Source: Propioniciclava tarda (GTDB lineage: Bacteria > Actinomycetota > Actinomycetes > Propionibacteriales > Propionibacteriaceae). From it: a DNA stretch of 64,000 bases. The position numbers and the translations under genes were made by a program. The notes below the pieces were generated by a model that was not told where the DNA came from, searched no databases, and worked only from the letters and a program-made list of their open reading frames with translations. Location: NCBI RefSeq assembly GCF_900182665.1, contig NZ_FXTL01000008.1, positions 23,664 through 87,663 on the forward strand, given 5' to 3'. Shown here piece by piece: positions 51,426 to 61,436 of this stretch (within the stretch, counting starts at the first letter, position 1; every line of letters starts with the position of its first letter).

Positions 51426-54400
51426 ATGACCGACGACACCTCAAGCGCTGACCCGTGGGCGTGGGCCCGCCAGGACGACGCTGACGGCGCCGCTGTGCGC
51501 GTTTCCCCTGCCACGGTCACGGTCGTGATCGTCGCGCATCAGGGGGAGCGCTGGCTCAAGTCCGCGATCGACTCGGTGACCGCCCAGAACGCGCGGCCCA
51601 CCCGGCTCGTCGTGGTGGACGCGGGCTCCGACGACAAGACGGCGCAGGTGGCGTCCGACGCTCGCACCTTCGGTCGCGTCCAGGCGGTCGTCCAGGGCGT
51701 GAGGGACGCATCCTTCGGCGCCAACGTCGCGCAGGGGCTGCAGGGGCTGCCCGCCGACGAGTGGCTGTGGCTGTTGCACGACGACGTCGTCGCGGATGCC
51801 TCGGCGCTCGATCGCCTTCTCGACACCGCGGTGCATGGCCCCGCGGACGTCGTCGGACCTCTCCTGCTGGAGGCCGGCCGACGCCGCGGACGAGCCGTCC
51901 GGGTGAGCGAGGCCGGTCAGACGATGACCGAGAGCGGTGTCATCACGGGAGTCGTCCCGGAGGGAATGGTCGATCAGGGCCAACTCGAGAGCACGCAGGT
52001 CCTCGGTCTGAACTCCTGCGGCATGCTCGTCCGGCGGTCGGTGTGGGACGAGCTGGGGGGCTTCGACGACGCGGTTCCGTCCGGTGTCCAGGGGCTGGAG
52101 TTCTGCTGGCGGGCACGCCTCGCGGGCTATCGGGTCGTGACGCAGCCGCGTGCTCGGGTGGTCCACGTCGAGGCGTCCACGCGAGGCATCCGGGACAACA
52201 TCGCGGTCGATCCGCACCAGGACAAGCGGCGGTGGGGTCTAGCGCTGCACGAGGCCTTCCGGTCCGGCCCGATGTCGTCCGGTGAGCGCGGACGCCTCGG
52301 GGCCGAGTCCTTGCGGCGCGTGCTCGGGTTCGTCGTGGGCAAGGACCTCCTGGACGCCCGCCTGGAGCGCGCCGCCGTGCGCGAGTGGCGCGCGGACCGG
52401 GCCAGCGTCGACCGGCTCCACCAGTCATATCTGTCGGCCACGCAGGGGTCTGACCGCTCGGACGAGCCCGTGGGCGCCCTGCGCCTCACCCGGAAGGCGC
52501 TGCGGACGCGTCGCCTCGACGAGACCTTTGGACGCATCACCGACTGGCTCTCGGCGTTCGGCGATCGGGGCGGTGGTCTGGGCCTCGAGGCGCTCACGGG
52601 TGACGACTTCGCCCGCGACGACCAGACCAAGCGGCGAATCTCGCCCGTCTGGGTGCTCGCCTGGGTCTTCATCGTGGGCGCCCTGGTGGCCAGCCGCGGG
52701 CTGCTGTCGTTCGCGCCGTTGTCGGGACCGCAGCTGCTCGAGGTGCCGGACTCGATCGGGGCGCTCTTCGCCCGCTACGCCGCTGGGGTCAGCGGGGCGG
52801 ACCCGTCGGCCGGGGCGCCATGGGTCGGGCTCGTGTGGGCGGCGTCGCTGTTGACCCTCGGGCACCCCGACCTGATCGTGAGCCTCGTCCTCTTGGGGGC
52901 GGTGCCGGTGTGCTTCTTGTTCGCCTCGCGCGTCTTGGGCCGCCTGGCCGACGACCGGTGGGTGGTCTTGGGGGGTGCGGCCTGTTACGCGCTGGTGCCG
53001 GTCCTGACGGGGGCCGTGGCCTCCGGTCAGTTGGGCGCCGTCGCCTGGGCGATCGCCCTCCCGCTGCTCGCCGGACGGCTCGTGACGTGGTGGCAGGACG
53101 GAGAGCCCAGTTGGCCGGTGGTCGGTGGCGTCGGCCTGGCGGCCACCGTCATGACCGCGGCGGAGCCCCTCACCTGGGTGGCAGTCGTCGCTGCGGTGGG
53201 CGTCCTGGCTTGGCGGCTTCGACACGGCTGGATCCGGCCGGCGGTCGCCGCCGTGTCGCCCCTGTTGCTGCTCGTGACCCCGTTCACCGCCGAGCTTGCA
53301 CGTTTCCCCGGACGCCTCCTGACCGGCACGGAGCCCCTGCTGGTGCCGACCAACGCCATGAGCCGGATCGAGTTGTTGCTCGGCCGCGCGGCCCCCGAGG
53401 CCGCCCCTGTGTGGGTCGCCGCGGCCACGCTGGGCGTGATCTGGCTCCTGGCCCTGACCGGTGCCGTCCTGAACCGCCGCGCTGCCTGGGCCGTCGCCGT
53501 GGCCCTGGGCAGCGCCGCTGTGGCCGTCGTCCTGACGCGCATCGTCGTGACGGTTCAGCCCACCGGGATCCCCACCCATCCGCAAGCGACGGCGTGGACC
53601 GTCGGCATGGCTGGCGCCTTGATCTGGGCCGCGGTTCTGGGCCTCGACGGACTGCGCGAGTCGATCGCGGAGAGCACCTTCGATCGGCGGCACGCCTTGG
53701 TCTACGCCGTCGCCCTCCTCGCCTGCGGCGCCGTGGCCATCGGCAGCGGCTGGTGGGTCGCCCTGGGACACGCGGAGCTCGAGCGCCGCGGCGGGTCGTC
53801 CGTGCCGACCTTCATCCGCAAGGACGCCGCCCGCGACAGCTGCCGCATCGTCACGCTCGACCTTCGGGGCGACCACGTGTCCTGGAACCTGTTGGAAGGC
53901 GACTTCGGACGCCTCGGCGACGCCGAGCGTGGGCTGGCCTTCGGCGGCTCGCAGGACGGCACGGCGACGGCCCAGTCCGTCGTGCACCGGCTCGCCCAGG
54001 GCTCGGCCGACGAACGCATCGTCAGCGACCTTCAGTCGCTGGGCGTCTGCTACCTGTGGGTGACCGGGGCGTCCCCTGACCAGCGGGTGTCGATCTCGAA
54101 CGTTCCCGGTCTGGGCGTCGGCGCGGCCGACGCCGACGGCGCGAGCTGGATCGTCCCCGATTCGGGACGCCTCGTGCTGGTGTCCGGGGAGCAGACCACC
54201 CGGGTGGACCCCGGTTCGTCGGTGCCCGCCGGCGGCGCCGGACGCGTGCTCCTGGTGGCTGAGCCGACGTCGCCCGCCCTCGCGGTGCGCATCGGCGAGG
54301 CCTTGGCGACGCGCCTGCCGGACGTCGCAGGTCGTGCGGCCTTCGCCGTGCCGGACGCCGGCGGCGCCGTCACCCTCAACCGCGAGGGGGGAGTCCCCTG

Positions 54401-54518
54401 GTGGGCGGGGGTTCAGGCCGCACTGTTGATCGCGTTGCTGGCCCTGGCCGCCCCGGCGTCGCCGTCGGCGTCCGACGCGCGCGCCAGGACCCCTCGCCAC
54501 GTCAGGAGGGGCGTGTGA
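51426..54518 (+). CDS. Large (1030 aa) family-2 glycosyltransferase fused to a polytopic (over 12 TM) membrane domain
   Basis: N-terminal GT-A domain (VIVAHQGERWL...VVDAGSDDKT...LLHDD). The rest consists of long hydrophobic helices. Confidence 0.75.
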   Translation: MTDDTSSADPWAWARQDDADGAAVRVSPATVTVVIVAHQGERWLKSAIDSVTAQNARPTRLVVVDAGSDDKTAQVASDARTFGRVQAVVQGVRDASFGANVAQGLQGLPADEWLWLLHDDVVADASALDRLLDTAVHGPADVVGPLLLEAGRRRGRAVRVSEAGQTMTESGVITGVVPEGMVDQGQLESTQVLGLNSCGMLVRRSVWDELGGFDDAVPSGVQGLEFCWRARLAGYRVVTQPRARVVHVEASTRGIRDNIAVDPHQDKRRWGLALHEAFRSGPMSSGERGRLGAESLRRVLGFVVGKDLLDARLERAAVREWRADRASVDRLHQSYLSATQGSDRSDEPVGALRLTRKALRTRRLDETFGRITDWLSAFGDRGGGLGLEALTGDDFARDDQTKRRISPVWVLAWVFIVGALVASRGLLSFAPLSGPQLLEVPDSIGALFARYAAGVSGADPSAGAPWVGLVWAASLLTLGHPDLIVSLVLLGAVPVCFLFASRVLGRLADDRWVVLGGAACYALVPVLTGAVASGQLGAVAWAIALPLLAGRLVTWWQDGEPSWPVVGGVGLAATVMTAAEPLTWVAVVAAVGVLAWRLRHGWIRPAVAAVSPLLLLVTPFTAELARFPGRLLTGTEPLLVPTNAMSRIELLLGRAAPEAAPVWVAAATLGVIWLLALTGAVLNRRAAWAVAVALGSAAVAVVLTRIVVTVQPTGIPTHPQATAWTVGMAGALIWAAVLGLDGLRESIAESTFDRRHALVYAVALLACGAVAIGSGWWVALGHAELERRGGSSVPTFIRKDAARDSCRIVTLDLRGDHVSWNLLEGDFGRLGDAERGLAFGGSQDGTATAQSVVHRLAQGSADERIVSDLQSLGVCYLWVTGASPDQRVSISNVPGLGVGAADADGASWIVPDSGRLVLVSGEQTTRVDPGSSVPAGGAGRVLLVAEPTSPALAVRIGEALATRLPDVAGRAAFAVPDAGGAVTLNREGGVPWWAGVQAALLIALLALAAPASPSASDARARTPRHVRRGV

Positions 54519-55918
54519 TGACCGACTCCCGCTCAACGACCATGCGTCGCGCCGCCGCGGCTCGACCGGCGAAGGGGCCGCTGGTGGCGGTCGCCGTCGC
54601 GGCCGTGGCCCTCGCCGCCGCGACCGCCTTCGTCCCTGCCATCCGCCCGACAGCTCCCGTCGCGGACGCGTCCGCGGTGCGGGTCACACGCGCCTGCCCG
54701 ACCCTGGACGCCGGCGTCCAACTGGGGCTGACGGCCCTCGGCGATGGACTGGCCCAAGCACCCCTGGCCACGCCCACCACGCTGACTCCGTTGACGTCGC
54801 CGCAGGTCATCGCGCTCGCCAAGGACCCGGGCAGGATCTCGGCCCCGGTCGGGTCCCCCTTCTGGGGCGTCGTGTCGGCGTCCGCCGCGACGGACGCCGA
54901 CCAAGGTCTATCGCTGGCGGCCTGTCGCTCGCCGCGCGCGCAACAGTGGTTCGCGGGCGTGCGGTCGAACGCCAACGCACGCTCTGAGGTCGTGCTCGTG
55001 AACCTCGACACCACCGAGGCGAGCGTGAACATCAACGTCTACGGCCCGGACGGCGCCCTCGCGGCGCCAGGAGCGCGCGGCGTCGAAGTTGCGGCCCGCA
55101 GCCAGCGGATCCTGCCCATGGGCCCGCTGGTGGACGCCGCCACGCCCGTGACACTGGAGGTGGCGACGTCCACCGGACGCGTGGCCGCGTTCGTCCGGCA
55201 GCGGCTCTTCAACGGCACCGCGCCGCTCGGGGCCGACTGGATCTCGGCGACGGCCGAGCCGGACGAACTCGCGGTGATCGGGTCGGTGCCCGCGGGCGAC
55301 GGCGCCAGGACGCTGGTCATCGGCAACCCCGGCGACCGGACGGCTCAGGTCAAGGTCGAGGTGCTCGGTCCGGACGGGGCCTACGCGCCGGTGGGCATCG
55401 AGACCGTCGACGTGCCCGCCGATACGACGCGAACCTTCCCGCTCGACAAGGTGCTCGGCGGCAAGAGCGCGGCCCTGCGTCTGACCGGCTCGCGTCCGAT
55501 CGTCGCGGCCGTCGAAGCCGCGACGGTGGGTGACTGGGCGACGCTGACCGCGCACGCCGGAGTCGGCGCGAAGGCGGTCGTGAACGTCCCGTTGCCCGGG
55601 GGGATCGCCCCGGTCGTGACCGTGGCCAACCCCGGTGCCGAGGCCGCCCACGTGGAGGTGAAGATCACCGACCCGTCGGGCAAGGTGCTGCTGGAGAAGT
55701 CCCAAGACGTCTTGGCCTCCGCGGCGCTCACCTTCGAGCCGGGGCCGACTGCTGGGCTGCTGCTGAGCGTCGTGAGCTCGTCACCGTCGCTGCGGGTGAG
55801 CTTGGCCGCCACCGGTGCGGTCGGGACGGTGACCGGCATCGCCATGGTGGGCGTTGCGGACGCCTCGTCGCCGGTCCCGGCGGTGGTCGTGACGCGCGAT
55901 CCGCGCCTGGGCGGCTGA
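54518..55918 (+). CDS. Secreted Ala/Val-rich beta-rich protein (DUF5719-like), translationally coupled to the GT2 gene
   Basis: Signal peptide / TM (RRAAAARPAKGPLVAVAVAAVALAAATAF). TGATG overlap with the GT2 stop. Recurring pattern of about 100-aa repeats (VEVLGPDG, VEVKITDPSG). Confidence 0.5.
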   Translation: MTDSRSTTMRRAAAARPAKGPLVAVAVAAVALAAATAFVPAIRPTAPVADASAVRVTRACPTLDAGVQLGLTALGDGLAQAPLATPTTLTPLTSPQVIALAKDPGRISAPVGSPFWGVVSASAATDADQGLSLAACRSPRAQQWFAGVRSNANARSEVVLVNLDTTEASVNINVYGPDGALAAPGARGVEVAARSQRILPMGPLVDAATPVTLEVATSTGRVAAFVRQRLFNGTAPLGADWISATAEPDELAVIGSVPAGDGARTLVIGNPGDRTAQVKVEVLGPDGAYAPVGIETVDVPADTTRTFPLDKVLGGKSAALRLTGSRPIVAAVEAATVGDWATLTAHAGVGAKAVVNVPLPGGIAPVVTVANPGAEAAHVEVKITDPSGKVLLEKSQDVLASAALTFEPGPTAGLLLSVVSSSPSLRVSLAATGAVGTVTGIAMVGVADASSPVPAVVVTRDPRLGG

Positions 55919-55919
55919 C

Positions 55920-56370
55920 TCAGTCGTCCCAGTCCGGATCGGCCTCGCGATGGCCCTCGGGATCGATCTCGTCGACGCTGATCCCGGTGATGCTGGCCAG
56001 CTGCTCCACGATCGTGCGGTACACCAGGATGCGGAGCCCCTTGCGGGTCGCCGCTCGGCGTTCGAGCGGACGCCGGAACAGCACGATCTGCCCGTTCACC
56101 TCGACGGTGGGGGAGAGCGCGGCCGCCAGCGGCACCCGGCTCGGATCCCACGAGGTGGCGATCGTCGGAACGTCCTCGATGCCGACGTCCACCGAACCGA
56201 GCGCCCGCGGGCACGTCCGGGTGATCTGCGCGAGGGCGTCCGAGACGCAGTGGGCGAAGAACGAACGGCGGTCCGGACGCGTCTTCACGCTGACGGCAGC
56301 TCCGGTGTAGGGATTCGGCCACGCGAGGCGTCCGCGGAGCCCGCGGCCGTGTCGATCCCTGCTCTTCACC
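55920..56370 (-). CDS. Metallopeptidase-family protein (Rv3259-like, DUF1025-type)
   Basis: N-terminal RDRHGRGLRGRL. Conserved IVLFRRPLERRA region. Confidence 0.65.
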
Positions 56371-56443
56371 ACGGTCGAGGAGCCTAGCCGACACGCGCTG
56401 AGCCTCGGGGTTTCGCCGGGGCTCCCCACCTAAGCTCACCGGT

Positions 56444-56803
56444 GTGATCGCCAGACGCTGCTCCAAGGCGGGCTGCTCGGCGCCCGCGGTGGCCACGTTG
56501 ACCTACGCCTACACCGACTCGACGGCCGTCGTCGGGCCGCTGGCGCTCCGGTCCGAGCCCGGCACCTACGACCTGTGTCGGGTGCATTGCGGACGCCTCA
56601 GCACGCCGCGCGGCTGGGAACTGATCCGGCTGCCGATCGACCCGGACGCCCCCTCGCATTCGTCGGACGACCTCGCGGCGCTGGCCGACGCGGTGCGCCA
56701 GGTGGGCCTCGGTTTCGAGGATCGCCCCGCCCCCGAGCCTGCCCTGTCGAGGCGCGTCGGACACCTCGGTGTGGTCGCCGACCACGCCCACGATGGCAGG
56801 TAG
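56444..56803 (+). CDS. DUF3499 domain protein
   Basis: RRCSKAGCSAPAVATLTYAYTDSTAVVGPLA N-terminus typical of DUF3499. CxxC...CxxHC zinc-ribbon-like. Confidence 0.7.
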   Translation: MIARRCSKAGCSAPAVATLTYAYTDSTAVVGPLALRSEPGTYDLCRVHCGRLSTPRGWELIRLPIDPDAPSHSSDDLAALADAVRQVGLGFEDRPAPEPALSRRVGHLGVVADHAHDGR

Positions 56804-56831
56804 GGTGAACACCCCCGAGGAAGGACCACCT

Positions 56832-57014
56832 GTGAGCGAGATCGCACCCGAGGTGCTGGGCCTGCTGGTCTGCCCCCAGTGCCATCAGCAACTGAGCCTC
56901 GACTACGAGGCCGCCGAGCTGATCTGCTGCAACCCCGCTTGTGGGCTCGCCTTCCCGGTGCGGCAGGGGATCCCGATCCTGGTGACGGACGCCGCGCGAA
57001 AGCCCGAGCGCTGA
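56832..57014 (+). CDS. Trm112-family small zinc-ribbon protein
   Basis: 60 aa. LLVCPQCHQQL...CCNPACGLAFPVRQGIPILV. Confidence 0.6.
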   Translation: MSEIAPEVLGLLVCPQCHQQLSLDYEAAELICCNPACGLAFPVRQGIPILVTDAARKPER

Positions 57015-57015
57015 T

Positions 57016-58035
57016 ATGAGGGAGTTCGACGACTCCCGACTCGACGAGCCCGACGCGCTGCGCAGCGGCGACGCCCTGCTCCGCCCGCTCGCCGAGGCGG
57101 GGGCGCGGCTTCGCCGCGAGGTGGCCGCCGCCGAGGGCGCGCTCGCATCGTTGAGCAACGAGGGACGCCCGCGGGCGGTCATCGCGATCGGCCCCGAGGC
57201 CCGCCTGCTGCGCGCCGTACTGGAGCCCACCTGTCCCGTCCCGTTCGTCGCCTGGCCGGCGCTCGGACTGCCCGGCTGGGTGGGCCCGCTGGACGTCGTG
57301 GTGGTGCTCGGCGGCGTGGGCCCCCAGCCGCTCGACTGCGTGCGCGAGGCCTTGCGCCGCGGGTCACGCGTCCTGGTGACGGCCCGTCCCGACTCCCCGC
57401 TGGCCGAGCACGCGGCTTCCCGGCTCACGACGTTGCTGCCGTCCACGACGACCGATCCGCTCTGCCGTGCGGTCACGGCGTTGATGGCGCTCCACCAGCT
57501 CGGTCTGGCCACGCAGGTCGACTCCGAGCCCATCGCCGACGCCCTGGACGCCGTCGCGCAGGCGTCCGCGCACGCGAAGGATGTATCGGCCAATCCGGCC
57601 AAGACCCTGGCCCTGGAACTGGCGGACGCGTCGCCGCTGATCTGGGGCGGGTCCGTGCTGGGCGCTCGTGCCTGCCGCCGCATCGCGGAGGCGGTGCGGT
57701 CGGCGTCCGGTCGGGTGGCGCTGGCCGCGGACGCGACCGAACTCATCCCCCTGCTGGCGCAGACGGCCCCGAAGGACCCGTTCGCGGATCCCTTCGACAG
57801 CGACGGCGAGGAGCGGCGTCCGAGCTTGGTGATCGTCGACGACGGACTGGGGGACGCGGCGTCCGACTCGGAACGCGACATCCTGGAGCACAACGCGCGG
57901 GCCGCCGACGTCCGGGTGTCCTACCTCGTCCACGAGACCGGCGCGGACCTGGTCCGCTACGCCACCGTCCTCCAGCAGGGCCGGTTCGCAGCCGCGTACC
58001 TCGGCATCGGCCTGGGGCGCTCCGAGCCGTCCTGA
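57016..58035 (+). CDS. Conserved hypothetical protein (Rv3256c-like, possibly SIS-fold)
   Basis: 1 nt after the Trm112 gene stop. GC3-rich. Confidence 0.5.
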   Translation: MREFDDSRLDEPDALRSGDALLRPLAEAGARLRREVAAAEGALASLSNEGRPRAVIAIGPEARLLRAVLEPTCPVPFVAWPALGLPGWVGPLDVVVVLGGVGPQPLDCVREALRRGSRVLVTARPDSPLAEHAASRLTTLLPSTTTDPLCRAVTALMALHQLGLATQVDSEPIADALDAVAQASAHAKDVSANPAKTLALELADASPLIWGGSVLGARACRRIAEAVRSASGRVALAADATELIPLLAQTAPKDPFADPFDSDGEERRPSLVIVDDGLGDAASDSERDILEHNARAADVRVSYLVHETGADLVRYATVLQQGRFAAAYLGIGLGRSEPS

Positions 58036-58036
58036 A

Positions 58037-58651
58037 CTACAGGCTCTTGACCAGCCACGCCCCTTCGGGACGGAAGCCGAGGCCTTCCAGGTAGGTCTGG
58101 TGCTCATAGGTCCGGGTCGAGGCGAGCAGCCGTTTGAATCCGGCGTCGGTGAACGTGGCCTTGCCGTCGCCGTAGAGCCAGCGGCCCTGCCGGGAGTCGC
58201 GATAGCGCGGGGTCACGTAGTCGAGGACGATCGTCAGCTCTTGGCCCTCCGGACGGCCCATCAGGATGCCGGCCGGGAAGCCGTGCCGGGTGATCAGCCG
58301 GACGAAGGGGGCGTCGGCGTCCGGGTCGAAGTCGGGCTGGGACTTGCGGATGTCGGCCAGGTTCGCGCGCAGGAAGTCGGTCAGGAACGGATGCCCGGGC
58401 TCCATCGGCACCGCCGCGATCTCGGACGCCGCGGGCGCGGCGAGTCCGGACCGCAGGCGCCACAGGCTCATCAGGGCGATCGCGGCGCTCGCGATCACGA
58501 CGGGCCAGGTCCCGGTGAGGACGCCGTAGGCGCAGAAGCCGATCCCAGCCAGCGCCATGACCGCCCGTGGCCAGACGACGCCCCGGATGCCCAACGCCAC
58601 GAGGTACAGCGCCGCCGCGCTGTACCCCAGCCCCTGGACCCATGCCGGCAT
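58037..58651 (-). CDS. Hypothetical membrane-anchored protein (3 N-terminal TM plus soluble domain)
   Basis: ORF with hydrophobic N-terminus. No family recognised. Confidence 0.45.
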   Translation of the reverse strand: MPAWVQGLGYSAAALYLVALGIRGVVWPRAVMALAGIGFCAYGVLTGTWPVVIASAAIALMSLWRLRSGLAAPAASEIAAVPMEPGHPFLTDFLRANLADIRKSQPDFDPDADAPFVRLITRHGFPAGILMGRPEGQELTIVLDYVTPRYRDSRQGRWLYGDGKATFTDAGFKRLLASTRTYEHQTYLEGLGFRPEGAWLVKSL

Positions 58652-58655
58652 GCAA

Positions 58656-59156
58656 TCAGCCTCGCGGGATCTCGACGGAGTCGAGCGTGCAGCTCCCGGG
58701 GGTGAGGTTCGACCAGTCCTGGTCGTGGCTCAAGACGGCGATCGCGGACGTCGGGAAGTGCGCGGCCACCTCGTCGGTGAGGGCGGAAGGGGCTGCCAGC
58801 TTCGTGACCAGGTCGCTCACGCCCGGCTCGTGGGCGATCAGGACGACGACCGACGCCGACTCGGGGGTCCTAGCGAGGACGCCCAGCATCGTGTCGGCCG
58901 ACGCCGCGTAGAGGGAGTCCGACGTCACCGCGTGAGCGGCGCTCGCGCCGCCCAACTGGGCGCACTGCCACGTCTGGACGGCCCGCGTCGCCGAGGAGAC
59001 CCAGACCAGGTCGGGTGCGTGGACGGCCAAGAACTGGCCCGCCACCACGGCGTCCCGCGTGCCGCGACCGCTGAGCGGACGCCGATGGTCGGGCTCGTTG
59101 GTCTTCCACGACGACTTGGAGTGCCGCATCACCAACAGCTTGTTTTCGCCCGACAT
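58656..59156 (-). CDS. sixA: Histidine phosphatase superfamily protein (SixA-like phosphohistidine phosphatase)
   Basis: RHSKS (RHG-type) and HEPG motifs. Confidence 0.7.
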   Translation of the reverse strand: MSGENKLLVMRHSKSSWKTNEPDHRRPLSGRGTRDAVVAGQFLAVHAPDLVWVSSATRAVQTWQCAQLGGASAAHAVTSDSLYAASADTMLGVLARTPESASVVVLIAHEPGVSDLVTKLAAPSALTDEVAAHFPTSAIAVLSHDQDWSNLTPGSCTLDSVEIPRG

Positions 59157-59173
59157 AGGCGCATCTTAGGGGG

Positions 59174-59440
59174 TCAGTCGGAGGAGTCCGAGCCCCCGGC
59201 GCCGGGGTTGAGGCTCTCCCAGATCTCCTTGCACTCGGGGCACACGGGGTACTTGTCGGGGTTGCGGCTGGGCACCCAGACCTTGCCGCAGAGCGCCACG
59301 ACCGGCGTCCCGAAGACCATGGCCTCGGTGAGCTTGTTCTTGGCCACGTAGTGGCTGAGGCGCTCGTGATCGCCCGCGTCGAGGCGGGCGTCGGTGCGCT
59401 CGTCGAGGACGGTCTGGGAGCCGGGAGCGAGCTGGGTCAT
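59174..59440 (-). CDS. DUF3039-like small protein
   Basis: 88 aa. Conserved HYVAKNKLTEAMVFGTPVVALCGKVWVP...CPECK. Confidence 0.55.
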   Translation of the reverse strand: MTQLAPGSQTVLDERTDARLDAGDHERLSHYVAKNKLTEAMVFGTPVVALCGKVWVPSRNPDKYPVCPECKEIWESLNPGAGGSDSSD

Positions 59441-59482
59441 GGCGCCATCGTAATTCCCCCTGCGGGGCGACGGCATGGTGAG

Positions 59483-60865
59483 ATGGCGGGCGTGACTTCC
59501 CCGGCCCCCACCTCAGCGGCGCTGTCGCAGCGGCCGCTGATCGCCGGCTTGCTGGTGCTGGTGACGGCCGTGGCCTTCGAAGCACAGTCGGTGTCGACGG
59601 CCATGCCGGCCGCCGCCGCCGACCTGGGGCAGCTCGATCTCTACGCCTGGGCATTCACGGCCTTCGCCATCCCACAGATCGTCGCGATCGTCGCAGGCGG
59701 ACGCCTCTGCGATCGCTTCGGCCCGGTGCGTCCGCTGCAGCTGGGGGTGCTGATCTTCGCGGCCGGGGTGGTGTTGTCCGCCCTCGCGGTGTCGATGCCC
59801 ATGCTGCTGGCCGGACGCTTCGTCCAGGGGCTCGGCGGTGGCCTGACGAACCTCGCCCTCATGGTCGTGGTCGGCCGGGCGTTCCCGCCCGCCGACACGA
59901 GCCGGCTGATGACGTACTTCTCGTTCGCGTGGATGCTGCCGTCCTTCGTGGGTCCGGGTGTCGCGGCCTGGCTCGTGCACGTCTGGAGCTGGCACGCCGT
60001 GTTCTGGGCCGTCCTGCCCGTGGTGGGGCTGGGCGTTGCGCTGCTCGGACCGGCCCTGGCCCATCGGCCGCTGCCCGGTCTCGGAGCCGCGCCCGCCGGC
60101 ACCCGCACCCTGTTGGCGGGGCTCGGCCTCGCCGTGGGAGCGGCGGTCGTCCAGGCGGCCGCCCAGCTGGGCTCGCTGTGGGGGATTCCCCTGGGCGTGG
60201 CGGGCGCGCTGCTGCTGGTGGTCGGTATCCCGCGGCTGATGCCGCGCGGCTGGCGTCCGGGGGGCGTGGGCCTGGCCGGGGTCATCGCCTCCCGGTTCTT
60301 CTTCTCGGGGGCCTTCAGCATCACCTTCGCCTTTCTGCCGCTGATGATCGTCAAGCTGCGCGGCCAGGAGCTGTTCGTGGGTGGCATCGCGCTAACGGTC
60401 GCGTCCTTCGGCTGGACGTTCGGCTCCTGGGTGCAGTCCCAGCGCTGGCTGCACCTCAGCCGAGACCGGATCACGACCCTGGGCACCGCCCTGGTCACCG
60501 TGGGCCTATCGATCGTGGCCTCCGGGTCGTTCGTGCTGGAGGTCCCGGTGGCGGTCGTGATCGCGGGTGCCACGATCGCCGGCGCCGGGATGGGGCTCGC
60601 GATGCCGAGCACGTCGATCCTGATGATCCAGCTGTCGCCGACCGACGAGCTCGGCCACAACACGTCCGCCCTGCAGGTGGCCGAGGCGCTCGGCAACGCC
60701 GTGATCGTGGGCGCCGCGGGTGCCCTCTTCGGCGCGTTCAGCGGGGCGGGCGATCTCCGCAACGCGTTCGGCTGGGCCGCCGCGCTGGCGGCGGCGTGCG
60801 CGGCGGCGTCCGTGGCCTTCTCGAGACGATGCGGGCACGTCGAGAACCTCTCGGCCAGGCCCTGA
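59483..60865 (+). CDS. MFS transporter (12-14 TM)
   Basis: MFS motif GRLCDRFGPVRPL between TM2 and TM3. Confidence 0.8.
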   Translation: MAGVTSPAPTSAALSQRPLIAGLLVLVTAVAFEAQSVSTAMPAAAADLGQLDLYAWAFTAFAIPQIVAIVAGGRLCDRFGPVRPLQLGVLIFAAGVVLSALAVSMPMLLAGRFVQGLGGGLTNLALMVVVGRAFPPADTSRLMTYFSFAWMLPSFVGPGVAAWLVHVWSWHAVFWAVLPVVGLGVALLGPALAHRPLPGLGAAPAGTRTLLAGLGLAVGAAVVQAAAQLGSLWGIPLGVAGALLLVVGIPRLMPRGWRPGGVGLAGVIASRFFFSGAFSITFAFLPLMIVKLRGQELFVGGIALTVASFGWTFGSWVQSQRWLHLSRDRITTLGTALVTVGLSIVASGSFVLEVPVAVVIAGATIAGAGMGLAMPSTSILMIQLSPTDELGHNTSALQVAEALGNAVIVGAAGALFGAFSGAGDLRNAFGWAAALAAACAAASVAFSRRCGHVENLSARP

Positions 60866-60943
60866 AAGCGGACGCCCGCGATTCAGTCGAGCCCGAGAGT
60901 GTTTGTGGCTAGACTCTCGACTCCGAGACAAGGAGCCGTGCCC

Positions 60944-61435
60944 ATGGACGAGGTGGACCGCATTCTCGCCGCCTGGAAGCGGGAAGCTCCGGAGTTGGAC
61001 GTCGAGCCGCTTCGGGTGTTTTCCCGCGTGAGCCGGCTGGCCCGGCACCTCGACCTCGCCAGGAAGGAAGCGTTCGGCGCGCAGGGCCTCGAGGTCTGGG
61101 AGTTCGACGTCCTGGCCGCGCTTCGCCGCAGCGGCGCCCCCTATGAGCTGTCTCCGGGGGCGCTGATCCACGAGACCCTGTCCACCTCGGGCACCATGAC
61201 GAACCGGATCGATCGGCTGGCCGCGCGCGGCATGGTCGAGCGCCTGCCGGATCCGCGCGATCGCCGAGGCGTCCGCGTTCGCCTGACGCGTACCGGACGC
61301 CAGGCGGTCGAGGCCGCCCTCACCGACCTGGTCGCGTCCGAACACACGCTGCTGCGCTCGCTGTCCAGGGACGACGTCGATCACACGGCCGACCTCCTCC
61401 GCTCCCTGATCGCACCCTTCGAAGGAGAAGACTGA
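60944..61435 (+). CDS. MarR-family transcriptional regulator
   Basis: Winged HTH (LSPGALIHETLSTSGTMTNRIDRLAARGMVERLPDPRDRRGVRV). RBS AAGGAG. Confidence 0.8.
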   Translation: MDEVDRILAAWKREAPELDVEPLRVFSRVSRLARHLDLARKEAFGAQGLEVWEFDVLAALRRSGAPYELSPGALIHETLSTSGTMTNRIDRLAARGMVERLPDPRDRRGVRVRLTRTGRQAVEAALTDLVASEHTLLRSLSRDDVDHTADLLRSLIAPFEGED

Positions 61436-61436
61436 C

